A DNA stretch of 64,000 nt from Chiloscyllium plagiosum. Its lineage: Eukaryota. The translations under genes and the position numbers were made by a program. Shown in pieces: positions 50,496 to 62,430 of the stretch. The notes below the pieces were generated by a model. It did not search any database and was not told where the DNA came from. It saw nothing but the letters and a program-made list of their open reading frames with translations. The stretch's first letter is position 1. Every line of letters begins with the position of its first letter. The stretch lies in the NCBI RefSeq assembly GCF_004010195.1, contig NC_057720.1:19335717-19399716 (forward strand), written 5' to 3'.

Positions 50496-51674
50496 ATTAA
50501 AGGCTTTTTTTAAGCAAAGGATACAAGCAGATTGCGAAGAAGAACTTTTTAATGCAGAGACTGATAATGACCGGGAACCCACAGCCTGTGAGCATGGAGG
50601 AAACAGAGATGATGAATAATTTCAAAAGAAAACTGGATGGACACTTGAACAAGAAAGAAGTGCAACTGACTGAACTGCTGTTCTGAGAGGTAGCATGGGT
50701 TTGATAAGCCAAATGACCTCTTTCTGTACCAGAACTAATCTATGTCTCTTAGTGTCCCACGCAATAGCAGCAGCATGTTTTTCTTTGAAGGGGGTGTAAT
50801 TCCCAGTCACACACACAAAGAACAATCCCCTTAGGCAAGACACTGAGGAGCATTGTGAACCATGAAACCATTAAAAATAACAAAGGCTCTTCTTGCTTTG
50901 TTGTAAAAAGGAAGTCCCTGCTAAAGCTAGAGCATTTACAGAGACATTCGGAGAGTCCTGATATTCATTATCCATGTTCACTACAATGTAAACATGCAGG
51001 AGGAAACATCAAGATCACTAGATTATTTGACTATTGGTCTATTACCTATTTATTTAAGAAGCAATGTGACAGATATTACTTTCAGCTCAGTCATCACTTT
51101 GGGTGCTACAGAGTCATAGACTATCTGCTACATCGGAAAGAATACTCAGAATTGGTGTCTCGAAATGACACTATGCTGGAACTGTGGGTCTGACTGGCAG
51201 AAGGGGATTTCAAGGGGAGATGGTGAGATAGTGGTAATGCTCTGGGGATGTGGGTTCAAATCCCACCAAAATGTCCAGTGGAATTTGAATGCAAGTAATA
51301 AATTTAGGGAGAATCAAAGAGAGGGATTGAGTCTCTATAATGAATGGTGTTAAGAAACACATTGAAGCTTTGTTTTGAAGTTCATGTTGTGTTTCTGTGT
51401 TCTATATATACAGCTTTTGTTTTTAATTTTTTTTGCATGATAAACTTCTTTTCTGTCGTTAAAGAGTATCCATAGCCTCAATGAAACAGTTTCTGTGACT
51501 AATCACCATGTTAATGAACTGCAAAATTAAATACATGATCCACCAGGTTAACTTCCTTTTTGGGATCTGACTTGTTGTCACGACTCTGACATGGGGAATG
51601 CATTCATAATCAGGTACCACTCCTCAACGAGTCGCAACATTGGTGATTATTCAATCACCAAAATGGACAATTGC

Positions 51675-51812
51675 TTCTTGAAGAAGGGTCACTAGACCCG
51701 AAACATTACCTCTGCTTTCTCTCCATGTATGCAGCCAGGCCTACTGAGTTTTCCCAGCAATTTCTGCTTTTGTTTCTGATTTCCAGCATCCACACATCTT
51801 TGTCTTTTTTTC
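51675..51812 (+). mobile_element. PLE 3' terminus (family E) beginning at the hammerhead core
   Basis: tTGAAGA-A-GGGTC(acta)GACCC-GAAAC..ccagcatc tail. Confidence 0.72.
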
Positions 51813-52392
51813 CCCAGGAACTGTTACTGAGAAAATAATTTCAGGAGAGGGTCTTCAGCTTCAGGATTATCTTCCTTACTAATGGACTTTGGTCTAAAAA
51901 TCAGAAAACTGAATCCAGAAATTATTGTTAAGCAACCATTAGCACAGAGATGGTCTAGTCTTTTCAAACCTAGGTCTTCTAATAATTAAGGGATATAAAC
52001 CCCCATCTCTTACTTACTAGAAAGCAATGTTCATCTTTTCACTAAAGTGATGAGATTTTTCTGTTACCAGTAGGTGACTTCCAGCTGTTGACTTCATCCC
52101 TTGATAAAACTGCATGGTAAACGTTTTTCAATCTAGAAAATATCCATAACATTCCAAAGCTTCCAAATATTTCACATCGTCCTTGGATATAAATATATCT
52201 TCCAACATTGTCCAGTATTACCACCAACTAGGTTCATGACACCAGAGATTATGAGTAAGAAGAGAAAGAAGGCTTTTTTTTCATGTCACTGACATCCAGT
52301 TTCTCCATTGCTTGTGACACCAACCATATATTTGCCCTCTTCCGGATACCGCAAACGTCTACATGATCCAAATAAAACTCAATTCTAGCACG

Positions 52393-52755
52393 TTTTTGAG
52401 AAGATGTGTAGCTCAGGTTGTAGTTCGGGATGTAAGTTTGCTCACTGAGCTGGAAGGTTCATTTTTCAGATGTTTCATCACCATACTAGGGTAACATCAT
52501 CAGTGAGACTCAGTGAAGTGCTGGTGTTATGTCCTGCTTTCTATTTGTGTGTTTAGGTTTACTTGAGCTGGCGATGAAATTTCCTGTGTTGGTGATGTCA
52601 TTTCCTGTCCTTTTTTCTCAAAGGGTGGTAAATGGGGTCCAAACCGATGTGTTTGTTGATAGAGCTCTGATTGGAATGCTATGCATCTAGGAATTCTTGT
52701 GTGTGCCTCTGTTTAGCTTGTCCTAGGATGGATGTGTTGTCCCAGTCAAAGTTGT
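52393..52755 (-). mobile_element. Poseidon-like PLE 3' fragment with hammerhead-like motif at 52466-52506
   Basis: Similar to 2446-2770; minus strand UCA-CUGAUGA-U-GUUACC(cuaguau)GGUGAU-GAAA-C-AUC-UGA. Confidence 0.8.
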
Positions 52756-53084
52756 CTTCACCTGGAAACTCAATTCTTTCTCAACAAACTGAACCCAATC
52801 AATTCATCCTCAATATTGAAAACATTCCTTGGCTTTCTTTAAAATAATGCAAAAATTTCGTATTTATTTAATTCTGGGTTTACTTATTCCAGCCCCTACC
52901 AGTGTCCTGGGAAAAAGGTTCTGCGTAGCAAGGTAGGTGTTGATTCACAGTTTAATCATACCTTGGGAAGAATGAGAAGAAGCCTTGCAGTGGGGTAATT
53001 TTCATCTTCCCAGGTCACTGTAAGGTGTTTCGTAGCCAATAGTGAATGTTTTTGAGGTGTAGTCAGTGCTGTGGTGTAGTTAAA

Positions 53085-53203
53085 AACAAAAAGAACTGTG
53101 GATGCTGTAAATCAGAAACAAAAACAGAAATTGCTGGAAAAGCTCAGCAGGTCACAAATGCTGGCAGACCTGCTGAGCTTTTCCAACAATTTCTGTTTTT
53201 GTT
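53085..53203. mobile_element. 119-bp PLE fold-back (family E)
   Basis: 38-bp arms with one mismatch; TSD tgtggtgtagttaaa at 53070-53084 and 53204-53218. Confidence 0.85.
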
Positions 53204-53979
53204 TGTGGTGTAGTTAAATGTGTAAAGATTCTGGGCAAATCTTACTTTGTTTTGATCCTCGGTTGTTTACCCCAGTTGCATGGAATTATATAAAGTGTAC
53301 GACACAGAAACTGAGGCCATTATTATTATTATCAGACAAGAGGATTTCCAAACACTTGGTGAAGACTGCAGGATGCAATTATCAGTCTAGCAGACAGTCC
53401 TGGGTGAACCCCGGTTCACGCCCAGATTGTCAGGATTGGAATTCAAACCCTAAAGGGAAACTAAAGTGCAGACTGTAAATACAGGATACTAGTGAAGCTG
53501 TGAGCATTTCATTCAACACTTAGTTATGTCTGATCCAGCTCTTCGCTGAGGGGCTGCTTTGTCCCATTTCAATATCAGCAGCTAAAAATTCCTTAGCTGC
53601 ATCTCATAATCTAACATGCAAAGTCTAACATTGGAGGGGAGCAGCCAAGCACAACACACAACCCACATTAAAGTTGTGCAAGAAGAGGCGCTTAACTCTA
53701 GTCAGGAATTCAGCAATCTACAAGTTCCTGTTCAGGTTATGTATATACATGGGTATAGGTAACCAAACTGTACAGCACCTGGCATTTGTATAGTACCTTT
53801 AGCATAGTCAGATGATCACAGACAGAAACCGAGACCGAACTACATCAGGTGATTTAGGAGCGATGACCAGAAGCTCTATAGAAGCAGTCAGTTATAAGTG
53901 GTGCCTCATAGGGGGAGAGATTAGTGGCGACGTGGAAAGCAACAAGACCATTAAATAAAAGTATTCTTTCTCGCAAAGC

Positions 53980-54196
53980 TGAAAACAAAAATAGCTGGAG
54001 ATCACAGCAGGTCAGGCAGCATCCTAGCAGAGAGAGCAAGCTAACGTTTGCAGTCTAGATCACTATTTGTCCGAGCTCATCTAGACGCGAAGCATTAGCT
54101 TGCCCTCTCTCTCCGTGGATGCAGCCTGGCCCGTTGTGATCTGCAGTATTTTTTGTTTTCAGAACAGATTCCAGCATCTGCAGTAATTTACTCCTA
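53980..54196. mobile_element. PLE fold-back (family D), diverged
   Basis: Inverted arms plus tail; TSD ctttctcgcaaagc 53966-53979 / ctttctcataaagc 54197-54210. Confidence 0.8.
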
Positions 54197-54805
54197 CTTT
54201 CTCATAAAGCAATTGAATGTGGAATGACTGTCACATTCCGGTGAGCTTGATTTGTCAATATGATGGAAGATTTGAATTTAGATGGCTTGATAAACTTACC
54301 AGGTAGGGAAATTAATAATATAGATGAAAAATGGAATATTTCTGAATGCATTGAAAGTCAAAAAGAAACCACACTTGCCACTAGGTTCAAGGGCAGAGAA
54401 CCTTTAGGAATAATACCAAATTGACTAATTAATTGTGTGCAAGGACAATCCAGATATAATTCAAATAACTTTTACAGACCAACAACTTTCAAAAAAATAA
54501 GGCTAGGTAACAGACACAACTCATAGGCCAAAAGAACCTTGAAGCAAGTAGTGAATAATGGTAGTAATAGTGAAAGCTATTTTATTTCCAAGAAATGAAA
54601 GAGATTATAACTAATTTACATCAGTGATCACTCCAGGAGAATGCAATACACAGCTAACACTAAATTGCTCAGTATGAAAGTGAATGTAGATATAATCTAG
54701 ATAAATAGGGATCTGTTTTAGAATAGGCTGCTGATTCTGATGGTATTCACCCTAGAGCGCTCATGTAAATAGATGCCGTGGAAATAACTCACTACATTCA
54801 AAGAT

Positions 54806-55570
54806 TTGGAGATGCCGGTGTTGGTTTGGGGTGTACTTGCAGAGAATTATTGTACTTTGCTCAAAAACTGCTTGAATCCATGTAAGACTCTGTTAACTCA
54901 TTTTTAAGATTACATTACAGTGTGGAAACAGGCCCTTCGGCCCAACAGGTCCACACCGACCCGCCGAAGCGTAACCCACCCATACTCCTACATTTACCCC
55001 TTACCTAACACTACGGGCATTTAACATGGCCAATTCACCTGACCTGCACATCTTTGGACTGTGGGAGGAAACCGGAGCACCCGGAGGAAACCCACGCAGA
55101 CACGGGGAGAACGTGCAAACTCCACACAGTCAGTCGCCTGAGGCGGGAATTGAACCTGGGTCTCTGGCGCTGTGAGGCAGCAGTGCTGACCACTGTGCCA
55201 CCGTGCCACCATAGAATCAGTCTAAACGTTATGGCACAGACAACAGAACACAGGGGGCTAACACCTCCAACACCTTATCTGCGCTGACAGCAATTGTTAC
55301 AGTGAACCTGAGAATGTAACTTTTTTAAAAAATGTTTTATGATTTACACATGAAAGAAGTGAAACTAGCATGGTCATTCTTACAGATGAGAGACTTAATA
55401 AACAATCATTCAAAGTATAATTTCAGTTACATCAGACTGTAAACTTTTGCTATAAATTCTGTGTCTTACAATTGTGTACTCCACAACCACCTGATGAAGG
55501 AGCAGCACTCCGAAAGCTAATGCTTCCATATAAACTTGTTGGACTATAACCTGGTGTTGTGTGGTTTTTA
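54806..55570 (+). mobile_element. PLE (family C) 3' region with putative inverted tail; hammerhead motif at 55488-55522; interrupted by HE1
   Basis: CAC-CTGATGA-A-GGAG(cagca)CTCC-GAAA-G-CTA-atg; TSD actacattcaaagat 54791-54805 / actagattcaaagat 55571-55585. Confidence 0.72.
54909..55210 (-). mobile_element. HE1-type V-SINE, near-intact
   Basis: Near-identical antisense of 33190-33504. Confidence 0.93.
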
Positions 55571-55719
55571 ACTAGATTCAAAGATGTTGCCTTGAACTGG
55601 AGGAAGGATTTATTTTACTAATATTCAAAACTGACAATCAAAATGAATTACTCAGCTCATTTTAATACTAATCGGGAACCTAAAAGGAGCAGATAGCTAT
55701 CCCATATGAGGAGGTTTCA

Positions 55720-56522
55720 ATTTCCAATATCCAATACTGAATGAGCTGAATTTCCTCCAAGTAAATATTGGTAAGATTAAAGCCATTGATATTAGTTCCA
55801 GCCATAAACTCAGTTCCTTGCCCACCAGCTCCATAGTACTCCATGACACGTCGCCAGAGGCTAAACTCAGACTGTTTGCAAACTCAGAGCCACATTTAGC
55901 CCTAAGATGAGCTTCTGGTCACAAATCCATGTTGTCACAAAGACTGCCTAATTCTCGCCACCGTAATATCATCTGACTCTGCCTCAACTCATCTACTCAT
56001 CAAACATTCGGCCATGTCTTTGTCAACCTTGGTCTTTATTTTGCAAGGCTTTCCAGACCAGTTCTCCATATTCTACTCTTTATACATAGAAGGTCATCTA
56101 AAACTCTGCTGCCAATGTCCTAACTTTAATAAAACTTGTTCATTTATGATCTCTGTGACCTGCAGTGGATCTTTGTTAAGAGACACCTCCATTTTAAAGC
56201 TTTCTCTCCTCCATTCCACTGGCCTGTCCATCACTGTCATTTCCTCAAGCAGCACAACCTTTGAAGATAATTGTTCCAGTTTCCTCCCTCAGCGTTTTTG
56301 GTTTTAATCAGTTCACTACTAGCTGCCATTCTTTCAGTTACCAAGGCCTTAAGCTCTGCAATTTCCTTCCAAAACTTCAACTCTCTTTAGTCCTTTAATA
56401 CACTCCATAAAACTTAACTTTGGCTAAGCTTTTAGCCACCTGTCCTAATGGCACCTGTTACGCTCTTCTCTGTGATAACTCACAACATCAAAGATGCTAA
56501 ATAAATGCAAGTTATTGTTGTT
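55720..56522 (+). mobile_element. Old L2-like LINE 3' portion
   Basis: Decayed L2-type ORF2 end and gatgctaaataaatgcaagttattgttgtt tail. Confidence 0.55.
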
Positions 56523-57799
56523 AATTGTGAGGCTGCATTTGGTTCTTGTTAACCACAGCTCCATCTGTTTTGGTCAGCTGATGGATGCATGTAATATAAT
56601 AAGTTTTGTCTTACTTAATGGATATGGTGAAAGCCAAGCCCAAGCAGGGTTCCCAACTAAAGCCTGCTGAATATAAAGGAAAATTGGTGGCTGAGTTGTG
56701 GTGTTTCTATAGATCTTCAAAAATGGCAACAGGACCTGGATACAAGGCCTATCCCCATTTCTGATTCATCTAATTTTGTCTGCAGTGGGAAAGGGGTATT
56801 GAGTGAATCTCAGATAGTTAACTCGAACCCAAAACGATCAATTTGAAATTAGAGCTAATTTCAAACATACCCCAAATGGCAGTTCCTTGGGAACCTTAAG
56901 CCCCAGTTGAGAGCCATCAATTATATAAAATACTCTTACAATGCAGATAAGATCTGTTTATGTGTTATGAGCTCAAGCTGCTTAAATAGTCATGACCCTA
57001 AAACATGAAAAAAAGACTGAAGCTGTCAAAGGTAAAAATGCTGTTTATCAGTTTGATTTGATTGACAGGCCACCTGGTTTAGGTTAGAAAAATAAATTAC
57101 ATTGATTTTGGCAGTTTCAATAGAGCTCTTTCCTGAAAATTCTCAGGGTTGTTATTGAAGCTGAGATCACTACAAATGCTTGACTGATTTTTAACATCCA
57201 GGTTGGTTTTCTAACCAACTGAACATTTGAGGGAATTTGAAATCTTTTGATGCATTTCATTAACGTGAGATGTTTTTCAATGTCAAGTGGGTAGGAGTGA
57301 GAGTTCCATTAGATTACTAAAATTTCAATGCCTTTTCATCTGTACATGGTTTTTGAAATCTGTCCACAGTGAATATGCCAGGAGTAATAATGGAGATACC
57401 ACAGATGTACAGGGTGAATTGGATGGGGCACAGAGGAAGTGGGTTGACATGAAGGGTGAATGGGAATGAAATGTATTAGATAGAGCTTTTAAACCACAGA
57501 ATCAAAGAGTCTGCCTGGACAGTCACCCATACCCATTACCTACCTATTATTTAGTTTCAGGGTCAGCAGGCACAACTCTATCTCTTACTGACTCACCTCC
57601 CCTAAACATAAAATACGTATAGCAGAACTCTTTAAATTGAGTAGGAAAATGTGAGCTACCTATCTAGGTGGTAAAAATCTGATCTTAGGTGTTATAATGT
57701 GAGTTTCATAAAAATATAGGACACAGGAGCAGGAATAGGCCATTTGTCCCTTTCAACCTGATCCATAATTTCAATAAGGTCACATGACTAATCTGATTA

Positions 57800-58248
57800 G
57801 GATAGGCGGGACGCGGTGTTGGATAGGGTTGAGGGCAGGGATGTTGGGTGCAGGGGTGTTGGGGGTGGGGTGGTGTTGGGGCTGGNNNNNNNNNNNNNNN
57901 NNNNNNNNNNNNNNNNNNNNNNNNNNNNNNNNNNNNNNNNNNNNNNNNNNNNNNNNNNNNNNNNNNNNNNNNNNNNNNNNNNNNNNNNNNNNNNNNNNNN
58001 NNNNNNACGGGGTTGGGGGGCGGTGATGGGGGCGGGGGGGGTGCTGTGTTGCACAGGATTGATGGGCGGGGGCAGTATTGGAGGCGGGGCCTCATGTCCT
58101 CTGTGCTGCTGCAGTCTCCTGAACAGGGAGCAGACTTTAAAAACTCCGAGTCCCAAAGAAAAGGCATTTAATTGATTAACCAAATAATCGATTATCCGAA
58201 TGATATCGTGCCTGCCCATCTCGTTCGGATAATCGAGGTTCCCATGTA
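57800..58248. mobile_element. Tigger/pogo-like (Tc1-mariner) non-autonomous DNA element remnant
   Basis: Right end ttcggataatcgaggttcccatgTA resembles a Tigger TIR. Subterminal palindrome cgattatccgaa 58189-58200 / ttcggataatcg 58224-58235. Left TIR not seen; gap 57886-58006. Confidence 0.5.
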
Positions 58249-58694
58249 TTTTATTTTTCAAGCAAGTTTCTATGGGTTCCCATGTGAAACCATAACCAAA
58301 GCAAGATGTGCTATTAGATGTTCAATATTAAACAAGAGTACAATAGTGTCTTTGGACTCTAGCTTAGAGAGAAACAGAAGATATGCATTTAAGTTTTGCA
58401 AGTAAAATATCACGATCTGTGTTAAACTTGTACTTTTGCACAGGGCCATTGGCCTTTAGAATAAGTTGTTGCCTTGTGACATAAGTATGAGCTACGAGCA
58501 AGCATTCAAAAGGATATCAGATAAATTCCTGGTTGTGACTGCAATCAAATGTATATCTGATGCAGATTAATGTGATTCATCGCTGTGATCTTCTGGAAAT
58601 CATTTGATCATCTTCTGAAATGAATTTTTCAAAACTTGGTTTCGCTTTGGATTAGTCAGGCTTTTTAAACACTTCTCTATTGTCAGGATGCGAG

Positions 58695-59125
58695 GATTTT
58701 ATGAGTTTGAGAGGCTGAATAGGCTGGGGAATTTTTTCCTTGGAGTGTTGGAGGCTGAGAGGTGACCTAATCGAGGTTTATAAAATCATAGGGTAAATAG
58801 ACAAGGTCTTTTTCCTATGGTCGGGGGGGGTCCTAAACTAGAGGGCATGGGTTTAAGATGAGAGGGGAAACATTCAAAAGAGACATGAAAGGCTGCTTTT
58901 TCACACAAAGGGTGGTGCACTTATGGGATCAGCTGCCAGGGAAAGTGCTGGAAGCTGGTACAATTACAATATTTAAAAGGTATCTGGATGGGTACATGGA
59001 TAGGAAGGGTTTAGAGGAACATGGGCCAAATGCTGGCAAATGGGATTTATTTAGGATATCTGGTTGGTATGGATGAGTTGAACTGAAAGGTCTGTTTCCA
59101 TGCTGTATAACTCTATGGGCTCTAC
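58695..59125 (+). mobile_element. HER1-like CR1 3' fragment
   Basis: FFTQRVVHLWDQLPGKVLEAGTITIFKRYLDG. Confidence 0.88.
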
Positions 59126-59619
59126 AGGATTCTATGGGCTGAACGCTGGACTGCCAAATGTGGGGGTAAAGAAATCAAAGCTTTTCAGCATCGGAGTTTG
59201 TGTAAGGCCTGTGTGGGAGAACTGCATATCTGTTATCAGTTGCAATCGTTCTAATTTTTAGTTCTGTTCTTTAAGTCCTGATTGTAAGTATCTCAGCCTC
59301 AACAGGACTGATGGTATAAAAACAGCAAGTTTCTGAATCAAACACTTCTGGTTACATTAGTTTAATGTGGAGTAAGTGTTCTGCTTAACTACTATTAGAG
59401 TAGGCAACTGTTAGAAAGTGATGCTTATTTGGACAAAGCTCATTCCTGCTAATTCAAAGAATTCTTTATAAGTAAACTTACTGAAACCTCAGGCTGTGTG
59501 GCTGCATTATACTGTGTAACATCATTGAATAAAAATGAGAAACTAACATGACACTTCAGTAAAAAGTGGGCTCCTTTTCCAGCTGTTTAATATAGTTTCC
59601 ATGGAGACACTGCTGGTTT

Positions 59620-60215
59620 CTCAATCCGGTGGGAGACCCAGAAGCAGGTCCACAGATTTTGTGGTAATATTTACTCTCGATGGTGTGAAGGCACCAAGAA
59701 ATGTAGAGAGGAGTGAAGAGTGAGATGATGGTAATCATCAAACACTAAAGGTAGCAAGGGAACAAAATGTACTCTGCGTGGGGAACTTCAATGTCCACTA
59801 CCAAGAGGGGCTCAGCAGCAGCATTACTGATCAAACTGGTCAGGTCCTAAAGGACATAGCTGCGAGACTGGGTCTGCAGTAGGTGGCAAGAGAATCAACG
59901 AGAAGGAAAAACATACTTGACCTCAGTAGTAACATGGTGTACTATCTATAAGATACACCATAGAAATTCACCAAAGATCCTCAGACAGCTCCTTCCAAAC
60001 CCATGACCATTTCCGTTTGTAGGGTCAAGGGCAGCAGATACATGGGAACAGCCTTCAAACTCCTGGAACATTCTCCCTTAAGAGCATTGTGGGTCTACCT
60101 ACAGCACACGGACTGCAACGGTTCAAGAAGACCATTGCCTTCTCAATAGCACCTAGGAGCAGGCAATAAATGTTTCTCAGCCAGCAACACCCATGTCCCA
60201 CAAGAGAATGAAAAG
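59620..60215 (+). mobile_element. CR1-clade LINE (second family): endonuclease remnant joined to 3' end
   Basis: VLCVGNFNVHYQE and R..NILDL are APE-like motifs; family 3' tail follows. Confidence 0.6.
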
Positions 60216-60361
60216 GCCGCTTGCAATGTAATCAAGACTAATGGACTGCTGTCTTTTACTGCAAGAGGAATCCTAAACGTAAAATTAAGGATGTTCTGCT
60301 TCAGTTAAAGAGGGCAAGGGTGAAACCATATCTCTAATATTGCATACAATTTACTCTTCAT

Positions 60362-60673
60362 TTAGATGAGATTAGATTAGATTCCCTACAGTGTGGAAAC
60401 AGGCCCTTCAGCCCAACAAGTCCACATCGATCCCCCCTGAAGGATAACCCACCCAGACCCTTTCCCCTACACCAAACACTACGGAAAATTTAGCATGGCC
60501 AATTCACCTAACCTGCACATCTTTGGACCGTGGGAGGAAACCGGAGCACCCAGAGGAAAGCCACGCAGACATGGGGAAAATGTGCAAACTCTACACAGAC
60601 AGTCACTCGGGCCTGGAATCAAAGCTGAGCCCCTGGCATGGTGAGGCAGCAGTGCTAACCACTGAGCCACCGT
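60362..60673 (-). mobile_element. HE1-type V-SINE inside old CR1 (60235-61785)
   Basis: (attag)n tail, V-core, antisense A box. Confidence 0.88.
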
Positions 60674-61077
60674 ATGCCCCAAAAGAAGATATTCATGCAT
60701 TGGAGGTAGTTCAGTGAATGTTTTATCGTGTGCTATCCAAAATGAGTATGTTGTCTTTAAGAAAGATTGCACAGACTGGGCTTATTTGCACAGAAGTTTC
60801 ACAGTCTGAGGTGTGATTTGATTGATGGCCTGGGCCAGGTGGACGTGAAAAGGATGTTCCCTTTGGTGAATGAGTCCAGAACTAAGGGGGCAGTGTTAAA
60901 TGTTAGGGTCTCCCTTTTCAGACAGAGGTGAGAAGAACTGTTTCTGTCAGAGGGCTGTGAGAATTTGGAACTCTGCCTCAGAAGGGCTGGAGGTGGGCTC
61001 ATTAAATATTTCTAAGGCAGGAGAGATAGGTTTTTATTTGGCAGGGAAATCAAAGATTATTCTGGGCAGATGAGAAT

Positions 61078-61680
61078 TTTTTCATTCATTCATGGAATGA
61101 GGGCATCACTGACGAGGCCAGCATTTATTGCCCATCCTTAATTGCCCAGAGGGCAGTTACCAGTCAACCACACTGCTGTGGGTCTGGAGTTACATGTAGG
61201 CCAGATCAGGTAAGGATGGCAGATTCCATTCCCTTAAGGTATTAGTGAACCAAATGGGTTTTTCCAAGAATCATAAATGGATTCATGGTCATAGAATCCC
61301 TACAGTGTGGAAACAGGCCCTTCTGCCCAACACTGACCCTCTCCCCTACCCTTTTACTCTACATTTACCCCTGACTTATGCACCTAACCTACACATCCCT
61401 GAACACTATGGGCAATTTAGCTTGGCCAGTTCAGCCAACCTGCACATCTTTGGCTTGTGGGAGGAAACCCATGCAAACACGGGGAGAATGTGCAAACTCC
61501 ACACAGTCACCCGAGGCTGGAATTGAACTCATGTCCCTGATGCTGTGAGGCAGCAGTGCTAACCACTGAGCCACCATGCCGCCCTAAATTTATCATTACA
61601 CTCTTAATTCCAGATGTTCATTGAATCCAAATTCTACCAGCTGAAAACCCAGGTCCCACACATGGGTTTCTGGATTAACA
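61078..61680 (-). mobile_element. Deu-domain SINE split by an HE1 SINE at 61270-61585
   Basis: Deu core breaks at ggattcatggtcat and resumes at tcattacactcttaattccagat. Confidence 0.82.
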
Positions 61681-62237
61681 GAATGTGGAAATTGAAAACC
61701 ACAGAGTAGCCAGGATGTTATCAAATGGAGAAGCAGCCTTAAGGGGCCGAATAGCCTCTGTTGGCTCCTATCTTGAATGTTCGTGCGCCCACAAAATAGA
61801 TGCTTAGTGATGAGGTGGTGCTAAGTTCACTTTTAAAAGCCTGATGTTTGTAGGAGGACTGGAAGCCCAAGAGAGGGAAGCATTTCTACAACTTTGATAT
61901 CTGGAAAGAAATATTAGTGTAGAAGACATCGGGATGTCTTGATTTCGACACAACAAGATTGCAGGAAGGAGGAAGGCATGCTTGGAAGTTTTTTTTGAGG
62001 AAGAGGAAAGAAAAATTCAGTGGAGTGTGATTACATTGAGAGGCATAGCTAGGAAGTTGTTCACTTCTGTTATCAAAACAGGACTAAACAGTCCTGGACA
62101 CCATCCAGGAAAAAGAAGACATCTCACCATTGCCTTCTCAATGACAACAAGGGTGGGCAATAAATGTTTCTCAGCCAGCGACACCCATGTCCCGCAAGAG
62201 AATGAAAAGGCCAATTGCAGCGTAATCCTCCCATAAC

Positions 62238-62430
62238 GCAAAGATGTGCAGGTTAGGTGGATTGGCTGTCCTAAATTGCCCATAGTGTGCAGGCTAGGTG
62301 TGTTCGCCATGGGAAATGCATGGTTATGGGGATAGAGTAGGGGGGCAGGTCTGGGTGGGCTGCACTTTGGAGGGTTGCTATCGACTTGATGGGCCAAATG
62401 GCCTGCTCCCACACTGTAGGAATTCTATGC
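62238..62430 (+). mobile_element. HE1-type SINE 3' half
   Basis: caaagatgtgcaggttagg..ctaaattgcccatagtg..acactgtaggaattcta. Confidence 0.8.

Noticed and set aside
51355..51612. Possible LTR 3' remnant
   Set aside because: No partner LTR, TSD or diagnostic motif
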